From NCBI GenBank assembly GCA_963720765.1, contig CAVRGS010000007.1, positions 136,663 through 200,662 on the forward strand: a stretch of 64,000 nt of DNA, in the 5' to 3' direction. How positions within the stretch are numbered: the first letter of the stretch is position 1; every line of letters begins with the position of its first letter. The position numbers and the translations under genes are program-made. The notes below the pieces were generated by a model, which was not told the DNA's origin, made no database searches, and was given only the letters and a program-made list of their open reading frames with translations. This DNA comes from an uncultured Actinomycetes bacterium. GTDB lineage: Bacteria; Actinomycetota; Acidimicrobiia; IMCC26256; DASPTH01. Below, piece after piece: positions 20,308 to 29,769 of this stretch.

Positions 20308-20673
20308 ATGGCTGACGACGAGAAAGCGGTCATCGCGCTCGAACGCGCCGGTTGGGACGCGTTGGCGACCAGCGGTGACGCAGCGTCGAGCTTCTACGAC
20401 GACGTCCTCGCGCGGGACGTGCTCATGCTGCTCCCGGGTGCCACGGTGATCGAGGATCGCCACGAGGTCGTCGCCTCGATGGGCGGCGCACCGTGGGACG
20501 ACTACGAGCTCGGTCCGATGCGAGCGCTCACGCTGCACGAGGACTGCATCGCGCTCGCCTACCGCGCGGCCGCGCGCCGTGGCGAGCACCGCTACGACGC
20601 GATCTTCTGCAGCGTCTACGTGCGGACCGCGGGCGACTGGCAGCTGGCACTGCACCAGCAGACACCGACCTGA
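20308..20673 (+). CDS. NTF2/DUF4440 family protein
   Basis: LERAGWDAL...FYDDVLA...SVYVRTAGDWQLALHQQTP. Confidence 0.85.
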   Translation: MADDEKAVIALERAGWDALATSGDAASSFYDDVLARDVLMLLPGATVIEDRHEVVASMGGAPWDDYELGPMRALTLHEDCIALAYRAAARRGEHRYDAIFCSVYVRTAGDWQLALHQQTPT

Positions 20674-20677
20674 TCGC

Positions 20678-21891
20678 TCAGGGCCGTGGCTCCCTGGGGA
20701 GACCCAGCACCTTCTCGCCGATGGTGTTGCGAACGATCTCCTCGGTGCCGCCACCGATGCGCGCGCCCGGGGTGGAGAGCAGGAACTCGTCCCACGCGTA
20801 CGTGCCCCACTCCCCGGTGTCGGCTGCGAGACGCGACCCGAGGACCTCGGTGAGCAGGTGCACGAGCTCCACGTTGACGCGGCGGTTGTGCAACTTCAGG
20901 ATCGACATCTCCGGACCCGGTGTCATCCCCGGTTCGAGCGCGGCGCGCCACCGCTCGATGAGCAGCTCCTTCACCCGGTCGAGGATGAAGAGCTGCGCGA
21001 GGCGCTGGCGCGGCCAGGGGTCGCGGCGGTCGCCGAAGTTGTCCACCAGGCCGAGCAGCCGCTCGTACGGGCCGATGCCGCGACCCGACGACGGCGCTCG
21101 CGTCGCGATCGTGCGCTCGTTGCCGAGCGTGGTGAGGATGACACCGAAGCCGTGGTTGAGGTCGCCCACTCGATGCGAGTCGGGGACGCGCACGTCGGTG
21201 AGGAACACCTCGTTGAAGTTGGCGCTGCCCGTCATCTGTCGCAACGGCCGAACGTCGACGCCCGCTGCGTGCATGTCGACGAGGAACGTGGTGAGCCCCT
21301 GGTGCTTGGGCGCGTCCGGATCAGTGCGACACACCGCGAGCGCAACGTCGGCGACGTGTGCACTCGACGTCCAGACCTTCTGACCGTTGACGACCCACTC
21401 GTCGCCGTCGCGCACCGCCGCGTGCTCGCCGACGCGAGATCGGATCCCGCGTTGGGCTCGCTGAACAGTTGACACATGATCAGGTCGCCGCGGTACAGGC
21501 GGGGGAGGTACTGGGCCTTGAGCTCGGGTGCTGCGCACGCGAGGAGCGCAGGTCCGACGAAGCCGACCGCGATGGTGAGGATGGAGAGGTCGGGCAGGTC
21601 GTAGGTGCTCTCGAGCTCCTGGTACGCCCGGGCGTGGTCGAGGCTGAGCCCGCGACCGCCGAACTCGACCGGGCCGTCGACCCATCCGAACCCGGCGTCG
21701 AAGCGCGCCGCGGCGTACTGCTTGGCCGCGGCGAGCGTCGTCTCCATCTCGGACGCTTCGGTCTCCTCGAGGATGTTCACGCGGTCGGAGCCTTCGCCCC
21801 ACACGAACCTCTCGTCGGACTCCGTCCGCGGTTCGAGGTGGGCGTCGAGGAAGACGCGCGCGTCGTCGAGCAGCTCGTCGATCGAGATCAC
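20678..21891 (-). CDS. Acyl-CoA dehydrogenase (frameshift near 21430)
   Basis: CQLFSEPNAGSDLAS / VVNGQKVWTS, FNEVFLTDVRVP, RIGGGTEEIVRNTIGEKVLGLP. Confidence 0.9.
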
Positions 21892-21963
21892 CGCTCGCAG
21901 GCTACGGGTCCCCTGACGCGCACCCCCTGGCGCACCTCTCTCTCGGTGACCTCTCTCGGTGAC

Positions 21964-23095
21964 CTAATGGGCCGTCCAGCGCCCTGCTGCGGCGACCCAG
22001 GCGGCGAAGCGGGGGCGGATCGCGTCGAGGTCGAGCCCGAAGTCGGCGGGATCGCGTGCGGGTGACGGTTCGCGGTTCTCCGCGTTCGCCGTCCACCACT
22101 GCTGCATGCGCGACTCGAATTCGTCGTTGACCGGCTCGCCGAGCCAGTCGTACAACCCGCGCACCTCCCCGATCGGGTCGGCCTGCATGGCCCGGAAGTC
22201 GATGTCGTAGAAGCGGTCGTCGTTGCCCGCGGCGCGGAAGGCGAGCGCTCGATCGGTGGCGAGCGACCACTGCTTCACGTTGAGCTCACCGATGAACTTC
22301 TTGTCGAGGTCGTCGGTGAACGTGCCGCAGATGTCGGCGTACACGTCGCACACCGACAGCATCACGTCGGTGGGATCGCGGTGGGTCATCACGAACCGCG
22401 CATCGGGGAACACCGCGTCGAGGTTCGGGAGGTACAGCATGTGCATCGGCGTCTTGAGCCGCCACGGGCGCGTCGGCTGACCCCACTGCAGGAGCTTCAG
22501 CACCCGCAGCTCGTAGCGGTACGCCGACGACAGGTCGGCGTCGAGCAGCCAGTCGGCGTACGACGGGATCTGCGCGAACGCGAGGAACATCTGCGATTTG
22601 AAGTCGAGCGCCAGGAGGTCGAGGCATTCGAACGGTCCCTCGATGTCGCTGGGCACGTGGTCGCGCGTGCCGACCTTCTGACCCTGGCCCGACCCCTGGG
22701 GGATGCGCGCGTCGTCGCCCACGACCGTCGACGGCGGTGGGCACGGTGTGGCCGACTCCCACATGTGCAGGTAGCGGACGTCGGGATCCTGCGCGAGCAG
22801 GAAGGAGAGCGCCGTCGAACCGGTGCGCGGCAGGCTCAGGCCGATGAGCGGCGCCTCGACGCGCTCGTCACCGATCTCGGGGTGACGCCGGTACCAGTCC
22901 TCCACCTGCAGACGTTGCGCGAGGTATCCGGTGACGCGCGGGTAGAGGTATCCCTCGCCGGCAGCGTTGAGCCGGGCCTCGTCGCGCGAGCGCGCGCACG
23001 AGGAGCTCGAGCCCTTCGCGGAACGAGTCGTCGCCGAAGTCGTCGAGACCGGTCTCGGCGCTCGCGGCGTCCATGAGCTCACCGTGCGACACCAT
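21964..23095 (-). CDS. Sulfotransferase family protein (frameshift near 22990)
   Basis: ETGLDDFGDDSFREGL, SLPRTGST (PAPS-binding loop), WRLKTPMH, FPDARFVMTHRDP. Confidence 0.88.
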
Positions 23096-23137
23096 CCGGC
23101 GCCTCCCCCAAATTGGCGGCAGTACGATGCCACCATT

Positions 23138-23758
23138 GTGAGTGGCCCGTCAACCACCGAAGGTCGACGCCCGTACGACAGCCCGGTGCGTCGCCAGCAG
23201 CTCGCGGCCACCCGCCTGCGCATCGTCACCGCCGGATCCGAGCTGGTGCACGAGTTCGACTCGTGGCGCTGGGACGCGCTGACGTTCCGCGCCGTCGCCG
23301 AGCGTGCCGGGGTCGGCGAACGCACCGTGTACCGCCACTTCCCCACCGAACGTCATCTCCACGACGCGGTGATGGCCCGCCTCGAGGAGGAAGCCGGCGT
23401 CACGTACGAAGGCCTCGATCTCACCTCGCTCCCCGAGATCACGGCGCGCGTGTTCTCGTCGCGGCGGTCGTTCGCGGCCCACGCGACGATCGACGTCACC
23501 GAGGATCCGGTGCTCGGCGAAGTCGACCAGCGACGCCGCGACGCGCTGCTGCACGCGGTGACCATCGCGACGCCGGACTGGACGGAGACCGAACGGCGCC
23601 GAGTCGCCGCGTTGCTCGACGTGGTGTGGAGCATGCCCGCCTACGAGCGGCTGGTCGGCGCGTGGGACCTCGACGGCGACGACGCCACCGAGGCGATCAC
23701 CTGGCTCATGTCGTTGCTGACGCAGGTGATCGACGAGGGCCGTAGCATCGCGGGGTGA
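23138..23758 (+). CDS. TetR/AcrR family regulator
   Basis: RRPYDSPVRRQQ...LTFRAVAERAGVGERTVYRHFPT; divergent from the sulfotransferase. Confidence 0.9.
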   Translation: MSGPSTTEGRRPYDSPVRRQQLAATRLRIVTAGSELVHEFDSWRWDALTFRAVAERAGVGERTVYRHFPTERHLHDAVMARLEEEAGVTYEGLDLTSLPEITARVFSSRRSFAAHATIDVTEDPVLGEVDQRRRDALLHAVTIATPDWTETERRRVAALLDVVWSMPAYERLVGAWDLDGDDATEAITWLMSLLTQVIDEGRSIAG

Positions 23759-24309
23759 GCGCACCTCGGAGCGCAGACCCGCCGGTGTACCTCGCGGGGC
23801 CCGACGTCTTCCTGCCCGACTCCACCGCGGTCGGCCGTCGCAAGCAGGCGATCTGCCGCGCGCACGGACTCGAGGGGCACTACCCAGGCGACGCGGTGGA
23901 TCTCGCCGGGCTCGAACCGACCCAGCAGGCCCGGGCGCTGTTCGAGTCGTGCGTGACGATGATGGACCGCTGCGTCGCCGGGCTCGCCAACGTCACCCCG
24001 TTCCGCGGGGTCAGCGCCGACGTCGGCACCGCGTTCGAGATGGGCTACCTCTTCGGACGCGGCTGTCCGGTCTGGGGCTACACCTCGCATGCGGCCGACT
24101 ACGCGAGCCGCATGTCGGCCGACGTCGCCGACGACGGCGACCAGCTCGTCGAAGCGTTCGGATTGGCCGACAACCTGATGCTCGAGGGCCCGATGCTGCG
24201 GCGCGACCACACGATCGTTCGGGTCCCCGAGGCGGGCCCGGACTCCGCCGCTGCGTTCGAGGCGTTCGAGCTCGTGGTCAGACTCGCGGCCGCGGAGCTC
24301 CTCGCGTGA
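23755..24309 (+). CDS. Nucleoside 2-deoxyribosyltransferase / nucleotide hydrolase family protein
   Basis: VYLAGPDVFLPD...ANVTPFRGVSADVGTAFEMGY...EAFGLADNLML. Confidence 0.88.
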   Translation: MSAPRSADPPVYLAGPDVFLPDSTAVGRRKQAICRAHGLEGHYPGDAVDLAGLEPTQQARALFESCVTMMDRCVAGLANVTPFRGVSADVGTAFEMGYLFGRGCPVWGYTSHAADYASRMSADVADDGDQLVEAFGLADNLMLEGPMLRRDHTIVRVPEAGPDSAAAFEAFELVVRLAAAELLA

Positions 24310-25482
24310 CCATGACCACCCGGCGCGTCCTCGTCGCGGGTGCGTCGACCGTGGTCGTGGTCGTCGTCGCGATCGTGATCTCGTTGCGGAACGACGACGG
24401 TGTCGACGACCACGCGTCCGTCGCGACCCCTGACTCGACCGCGGTGAGCACGCCGGCCACGACCGCGCCGACGACCACGACGGCCGAGAGTGCGACACGT
24501 GGCCCGCGCGGCAACGGCAACGCGGTGACGTTCGCGTTCGCGGGTGACGTGAACTTCCCCGAGGTGTGGGACACCGAGGACGGCCCACCGCCGAACGCGC
24601 CGCCACTCGCCGAACAGGTGCGCGCCGACCCGCACCACGTCCTCGACGCCATCACGCCCGTGCTCTCCGACGCCGACCTCACGATGGTGAACGTCGAGAC
24701 CGCGATCACCGACGGCGGCGAGCCCGTGGCGGGGAAGAACTACCACTTCCGCTCCCCCGCCCAGACCTTCGAAGCGCTGAAGTCGGCGGGCGTCGACGTG
24801 GTGAACATGGCCAACAACCACTCGCTCGACTACGGGACGAGTGGCATGCGGGACACGTTCGCGGCGATCGCGGCGGCCAAACTGCCGGTGACCGGCCTCG
24901 GCCACGACGCCGACGAGGCCTACCGCCCGTACCGCACGACGATCAAGGGTCAACGCATCGCGATCGTCAGCGCCAGCGATTGGCTCGAGCCCGCGCTGGT
25001 CGACTCGTGGTCGGCCACCGACACGCAAGCGGGCATCGCGTTCTCCATCGACCGCACGCGTCTCCTCGCTGCCGTGCAGCAGGTGCGACCCGAGGTCGAC
25101 ACCCTCGTCGTGTTCCTGCACTGGGGCACCGAGGAGACGTGGTGCGCCTCGGGCGAGCAACAAGATCTTGCGACCGCGCTGCTCGGCGCGGGCGCCGACA
25201 TCATCGTCGGCAGCCACGCGCACCGGGTGTTCGGCGCGGGCAAGGTCGGGCCCGCGCTCGTCGCCTACGGGATGGGCAACTTCGTGTACTGGCGCGAAGA
25301 CGGCGAATCGGGACGCAGCGGTGTGCTCGAAGGTGACCGCCACCGGACGCGAGGTCGACGACTACTCGTGGATCCCCGCCCGCATCACCAACGGGGTGCC
25401 GGTACCGGAATCCGGTGCCGCCGCCGACGCCGATCTCGCCGAGTGGAACAGCCGTCGCGCGTGCAGCGGCATCTCACCCTGA
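24306..25482 (+). CDS. CapA family metallophosphoesterase, membrane anchored (frameshift near 25330)
   Basis: N-terminal TM helix; FAGDVNF, VNVET, MANNHSLDYG, FLHWGTE, GSHAH, AYGMGNF. Confidence 0.88.
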
Positions 25483-25563
25483 CGTCAGATCCCGGGACCG
25501 ATGAGTTCGCGCCGTGCGTGCGGTCCTCACTGCATGACGCTGACCCAGGGCTACCCTGCGAGC

Positions 25564-26556
25564 ATGACCGAGGTCGCCGAGACCGGACTCGACGAAGTCC
25601 TCGAACGCCACCGGCGCGAGCTGACGGCCCACTGCTACCGCATGCTCGGCTCGTCGTTCGAGGCCGAGGACGCGGTCCAGGAGACGATGGTGCGAGCGTG
25701 GCGCTCGTACGGCGGCTTCGAGGGCCGATCGCAGCTGCGGTCGTGGCTCTACCGCATCGCCACCAACGTGTGCCTCGACATGCTCAACGGCCGCAACCGG
25801 CGCGCCCGCCCGATGGACCTCAGCGGGCCTTCGACCGCCGACACGCCCGCCGCCGCCCAGCTTCCCGAGTCGGAGTGGGTGCTCCCGGTGCCCGACAACC
25901 GCGTGCTGCCGATCGACGGGGACCCCGCCGAGCTGGCCGAGGCCCGCGAGACCATCCGGCTGGCGTTCATCGCTGCGCTGCAGCATCTCCCGCCACGCCA
26001 GCGCGCGGTGCTCCTGCTCCGCGACGTCGTCCGTTGGCACGCGACCGAGGTCGCCGAGTTCCTCGACACCAGCGACGCGTCGGTGAACAGCGCGCTGCAA
26101 CGAGCGCGCTCCACCATCGCCGAGCGCAACATCACCGACACCGATCCGGTCATGCCGATGGACGATGCACAACAGCACTTGCTGGAGCGCTACGTCGATG
26201 CCTTCGAGCGCTACGACATGGACTCGCTCACGTCGCTCATCCACGAAGACGCCACGCAGTCGATGCCCCCATACGAGCTGTGGCTCCGCGGCCGCGACGA
26301 GATCCTCGCCTTCTGGCAGACCCAGGGCGCCGAATGCGCCGGTTCGCGCCTCGTCCCCACCGTGGCCAACGGCAAGCCGGCCTTCGGGCAGTACCGCCGC
26401 AGCACCACCGGCGACGGCCACGACCCCTGGGCGCTCCAGATCCTCGACATCGTCGACGGCGAGCTCGTCGAGCTCAGCTTCTTCCTCGACACCGCGACCC
26501 TGTTCCCGTTGTTCGGGCTGCCACCCCACCTCGACCCCGAGCAACTGGCGTCCTGA
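25564..26556 (+). CDS. ECF sigma-70 factor with C-terminal SnoaL-like extension (SigG-like)
   Basis: HCYRMLGSSFEAEDAVQET, WLYRIATNVCLD, LQHLPPRQRAVLLLRDV, SVNSALQRAR, SMPPYELW, ANGKPAFGQY; TACCCT -10 six nt before the ATG. Confidence 0.92.
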   Translation: MTEVAETGLDEVLERHRRELTAHCYRMLGSSFEAEDAVQETMVRAWRSYGGFEGRSQLRSWLYRIATNVCLDMLNGRNRRARPMDLSGPSTADTPAAAQLPESEWVLPVPDNRVLPIDGDPAELAEARETIRLAFIAALQHLPPRQRAVLLLRDVVRWHATEVAEFLDTSDASVNSALQRARSTIAERNITDTDPVMPMDDAQQHLLERYVDAFERYDMDSLTSLIHEDATQSMPPYELWLRGRDEILAFWQTQGAECAGSRLVPTVANGKPAFGQYRRSTTGDGHDPWALQILDIVDGELVELSFFLDTATLFPLFGLPPHLDPEQLAS

Positions 26557-26596
26557 CCAGACTCGTTTAGGATCGGCAGCTTCGAGGGGGCTTCCG

Positions 26597-27280
26597 ATGC
26601 CTGCGGCACGCGACACGAAGAGTTCCAACCCGGCCGACGCCACACCGGCCAACGGCAACGGGGACGGCCCGCGCCGTTCCTCGCTGGTGCAGGAACGCTC
26701 ACGCCGCACGCGTCAGGAGCTGGTGAACGCCGCGGTGAAGCTCTGGACCGAGCGAGGGTTCGAGCACGGCGTCGAGAACACGACCGTCGAGGAGATCGCA
26801 CGCGCCGCCGGCGTCACCAAGGGCACGTTCTACTTCCACTTCGCGCACAAGGAAGACGTGCTGCTCGAGATGAGCCTCACGACGAGCGACGCGGTCAACG
26901 ACATCGCTCGGCGGGCCGCGGAGCAGGGTGCGACCATCGACGAGATCGTGCAGCAGGCGTTCAACGAGATGGCCCGCCGCACCGAGCGGCTCCCACGCGC
27001 GGCGATCGCCCGCACCATCCGCGAGTTCTACAGGTACCCCACCCGCGCCCGTGAGCTGAGCATGACCCGGCGCGCGTGGCCCGAGATCCTCGCCAACGCA
27101 CAGGCGCGCGGTGAGCTGCCCGAAGGCATCGACCCCGAGGACATGAGCGACATGATGAACGCGCTCATGATCACTGCGGTCGAAGGGTGGGTGCACAACG
27201 CGCACGACGCGCTCGCACCCGAGTTGGCGTACCGCATGCGTGTGCTCCTGGCCGGCGTGCGCGCCGAACACGCCGGCTGA
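26597..27280 (+). CDS. TetR/AcrR family regulator
   Basis: QERSRRTRQELV...TTVEEIARAAGVTKGTFYFHFAHKEDVL. Confidence 0.92.
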   Translation: MPAARDTKSSNPADATPANGNGDGPRRSSLVQERSRRTRQELVNAAVKLWTERGFEHGVENTTVEEIARAAGVTKGTFYFHFAHKEDVLLEMSLTTSDAVNDIARRAAEQGATIDEIVQQAFNEMARRTERLPRAAIARTIREFYRYPTRARELSMTRRAWPEILANAQARGELPEGIDPEDMSDMMNALMITAVEGWVHNAHDALAPELAYRMRVLLAGVRAEHAG

Positions 27281-27295
27281 AGCGGCGGACGCCGC

Positions 27296-28364
27296 GTGCC
27301 CCGTCTCCCGCTCGACCCCCGTCACGGCACGCACGAACCGACGACGTCGGTCCCACCGCGGGCGCGGGGTTCGGTGCGGCGCACCACCTCCATCGACATC
27401 CTTCGCCCCAGTGGTGTCGACGCCGAACTCGTGCTCATCGGCCGCGCCCGCGACCTGCTGACCGCCGTCCACGGCACGGCGCACGTCCTCGAGACCGCCG
27501 CGGTCGAGGCCACCATCGACTTTCCCGACGCGCAACGCGTCACCGCGATCTCCTCGACGCCCGAGATCCCCAGCCTCGAGCAGCTCGTCGGCCGTTCGGC
27601 CTCGACGGGGTTCCGCGGCGCCATCGACGTCGCCGTCGCCGGTCACGACGTCGTCGGCCATCCCGTGTACCAGCTGCTCGACGATCTCCCCGTCGCCACA
27701 CTGATCTCGGGCTACGCGCCCAGCACGCACGCGCGCCGAGACCATCGGTCGGGCCGAGGCGAAACTGCAGCAGCCGTTGCAGAAGACCGCACCCGCCGGG
27801 CTGGCGATGCTGCAGCAGGCCGATCTGTGCGCGGGCTGGAAGGCCGGCGGCACGATCATGCAGGGCTTCGCCGAGAACAACCCGCCCGTCGTCACCGGCC
27901 CCGCCGCGCCGTCGCTCGACGATGGTGACGACCCGTTGGCCTGGCACGAGCTCCCGGGCCCCTTGCCGGTGCACGGCATGCGTCGCCGCCGGCGCATCGA
28001 CGTGCTGCCCTCGCCCGACGGTGAGGTCTTCGCCGTCGACGCCCACTTCCGTGACTCGTACGTCGACGAAGAGGGCGAGACGGTCGTGCACGAGTACACC
28101 GTCGTCGCCCGGGTCGACGTGGCCAGCGCCACCGTGCTGGAGGCTGGTGCCACCGACCACGTCCTCCCCTGGTTCGAGTGCCCCGAGGCGGTCGCCAGCG
28201 CCGGTCGCTTGGCCGGGCGCACCCTGGACTCGCTCCGGGCGGGGGTGCGGGCGGAGTTCCTCGGCGCCTCGACCTGCACCCACCTCAACGACATGCTCCG
28301 GGCCCTGGCCGACGTCGCCGTGCTCGGTGGCCGAGTTGTCACGCCCTCGGGCCACCTGCCATAA
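27296..28364 (+). CDS. DUF2889-domain protein (frameshift near 27730-27775)
   Basis: GSVRRTTSID, LLDDLPVATLISGY / DLCAGW, GMRRRRRIDV, AHFRDSY, HEY, LPWFECP, CTHLNDMLR. Confidence 0.78.
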
Positions 28365-28433
28365 TCGTACTCAGCCTAACTTTCGCTCCGCCCGAACACT
28401 TGCCCCGACAGCCCTTCACAAGGAGGCCGGCCC

Positions 28434-29636
28434 GTGCCGTCACGCATCCTCGACTATCCGATCTTCGACGCCGACAACCACATGTACGAGACCCCCGACG
28501 CGCTCACCAAGCACCTCGAGGACCCGTACAAGGAAGTCATCAAGTACATCGACATCTCGGGTCGCACCAAGATCACGGTGAAGGGCCAGATCAGCGAGTA
28601 CATCCCCAACCCCACGTTCAACGTGGTGGCCGCGCCCGGCGCCCAGGAGGAGTACTTCAAGAACGGCAACCCCGAGGGCAAGTCGCGGCGCGAGATCCTG
28701 GGCAAGGCGATCCGCTCGCCCGAGGCGTTCTTCTCCCCCGAGCCGCGCATCAAGCTCATGGACGAGCTCGGCATCGACCGCGCCATGATGTGGCCGACCC
28801 TCGCCAGCCTGGTCGAAGAGCGCCTGCGTGACGACCCGTTCGCCACCGCGGCCGTGATCAAGGCCCTCAACCGCTGGATGTACGAGCAGTGGTCGTTCAA
28901 CTACGAGGACCGCATCTTCGCCACGCCGGTCGTCAACCTCGCGCTGCTCGACAACGCGCTCGAGGAGATCGACTGGATCATCGAGCACGGCGCACGCGTC
29001 GTCCTCATCCGTCCCGCGCCCGTCACCACGCTCTACGCGACGCGCTCGATGGCGTTGCCCGAGTTCGACCCGTTCTGGGAGCGCGTCGTCGAGGCCGACC
29101 TCGTCGTCGGCATGCACGCGTCGGACAGCGGCTACCAGCGCTACATCAACGAGTGGGAGGGCGTGCCCGGCGGTGAGATGCTGCCGTTCAAGGACGGCTC
29201 CGGCTTCGCCGCGCTGAGCACCATCGGCCACCGCGCCATCGAGGACACCATCGCCGCGGTGATCGGCCACGGTCTGCCCACGCGGTTCCCGACCATCAAG
29301 ATCCTCCCGGTCGAGAACGGCAGCCACTGGGTGCGTCCGTCGATCGAGCACTTCAACCAGGCCTACGAGCTGCAGCCGCAGCTCTTCGACGAGCACCCCG
29401 TCGACGTGCTCAAGCGCAACGTGTGGATCCACCCGTTCCACGAGGAGGACCCGAAGGGGCTCATCGACCTCGTCGGCGTCGACCACGTGTGCTTCGGTTC
29501 CGACTACCCGCACGCCGAGGGCATGTCCGACCCGATCACCTACGTCGACGACCTCGAGGGACTCCCCGAAGAGGACAAGGCGAAGATCATGGGCGGCAAC
29601 CTCGCCGGCCTGATGAACGTGGGCGTCCCCGCGTAG
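28434..29636 (+). CDS. Amidohydrolase family protein (Amidohydro_2)
   Basis: IFDADNHMYE, GMHASDSGY, VENGSHW, FGSDYPHAEG; AAGGAGG RBS. Confidence 0.92.
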   Translation: MPSRILDYPIFDADNHMYETPDALTKHLEDPYKEVIKYIDISGRTKITVKGQISEYIPNPTFNVVAAPGAQEEYFKNGNPEGKSRREILGKAIRSPEAFFSPEPRIKLMDELGIDRAMMWPTLASLVEERLRDDPFATAAVIKALNRWMYEQWSFNYEDRIFATPVVNLALLDNALEEIDWIIEHGARVVLIRPAPVTTLYATRSMALPEFDPFWERVVEADLVVGMHASDSGYQRYINEWEGVPGGEMLPFKDGSGFAALSTIGHRAIEDTIAAVIGHGLPTRFPTIKILPVENGSHWVRPSIEHFNQAYELQPQLFDEHPVDVLKRNVWIHPFHEEDPKGLIDLVGVDHVCFGSDYPHAEGMSDPITYVDDLEGLPEEDKAKIMGGNLAGLMNVGVPA

Positions 29637-29769
29637 TCGTCAACACGCGCGTCGCCTGACGCGAGCGGCGCAACGAAGACGGAGCGAGCGGAGCGAGTGA
29701 CGGTGACCAGGAGGCACCCCTCGGTCGGGCCCGGGTAAGTTCCGGGTTCGACCGGGGGGTGTTTCGTCC

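Noticed and set aside
21938-21963. 2 x 13-bp tandem repeat CTCTCTCGGTGAC after the sulfotransferase stop
   Set aside because: Real but only two copies, intergenic and not seen elsewhere; likely a slippage duplication with no evidence of function.
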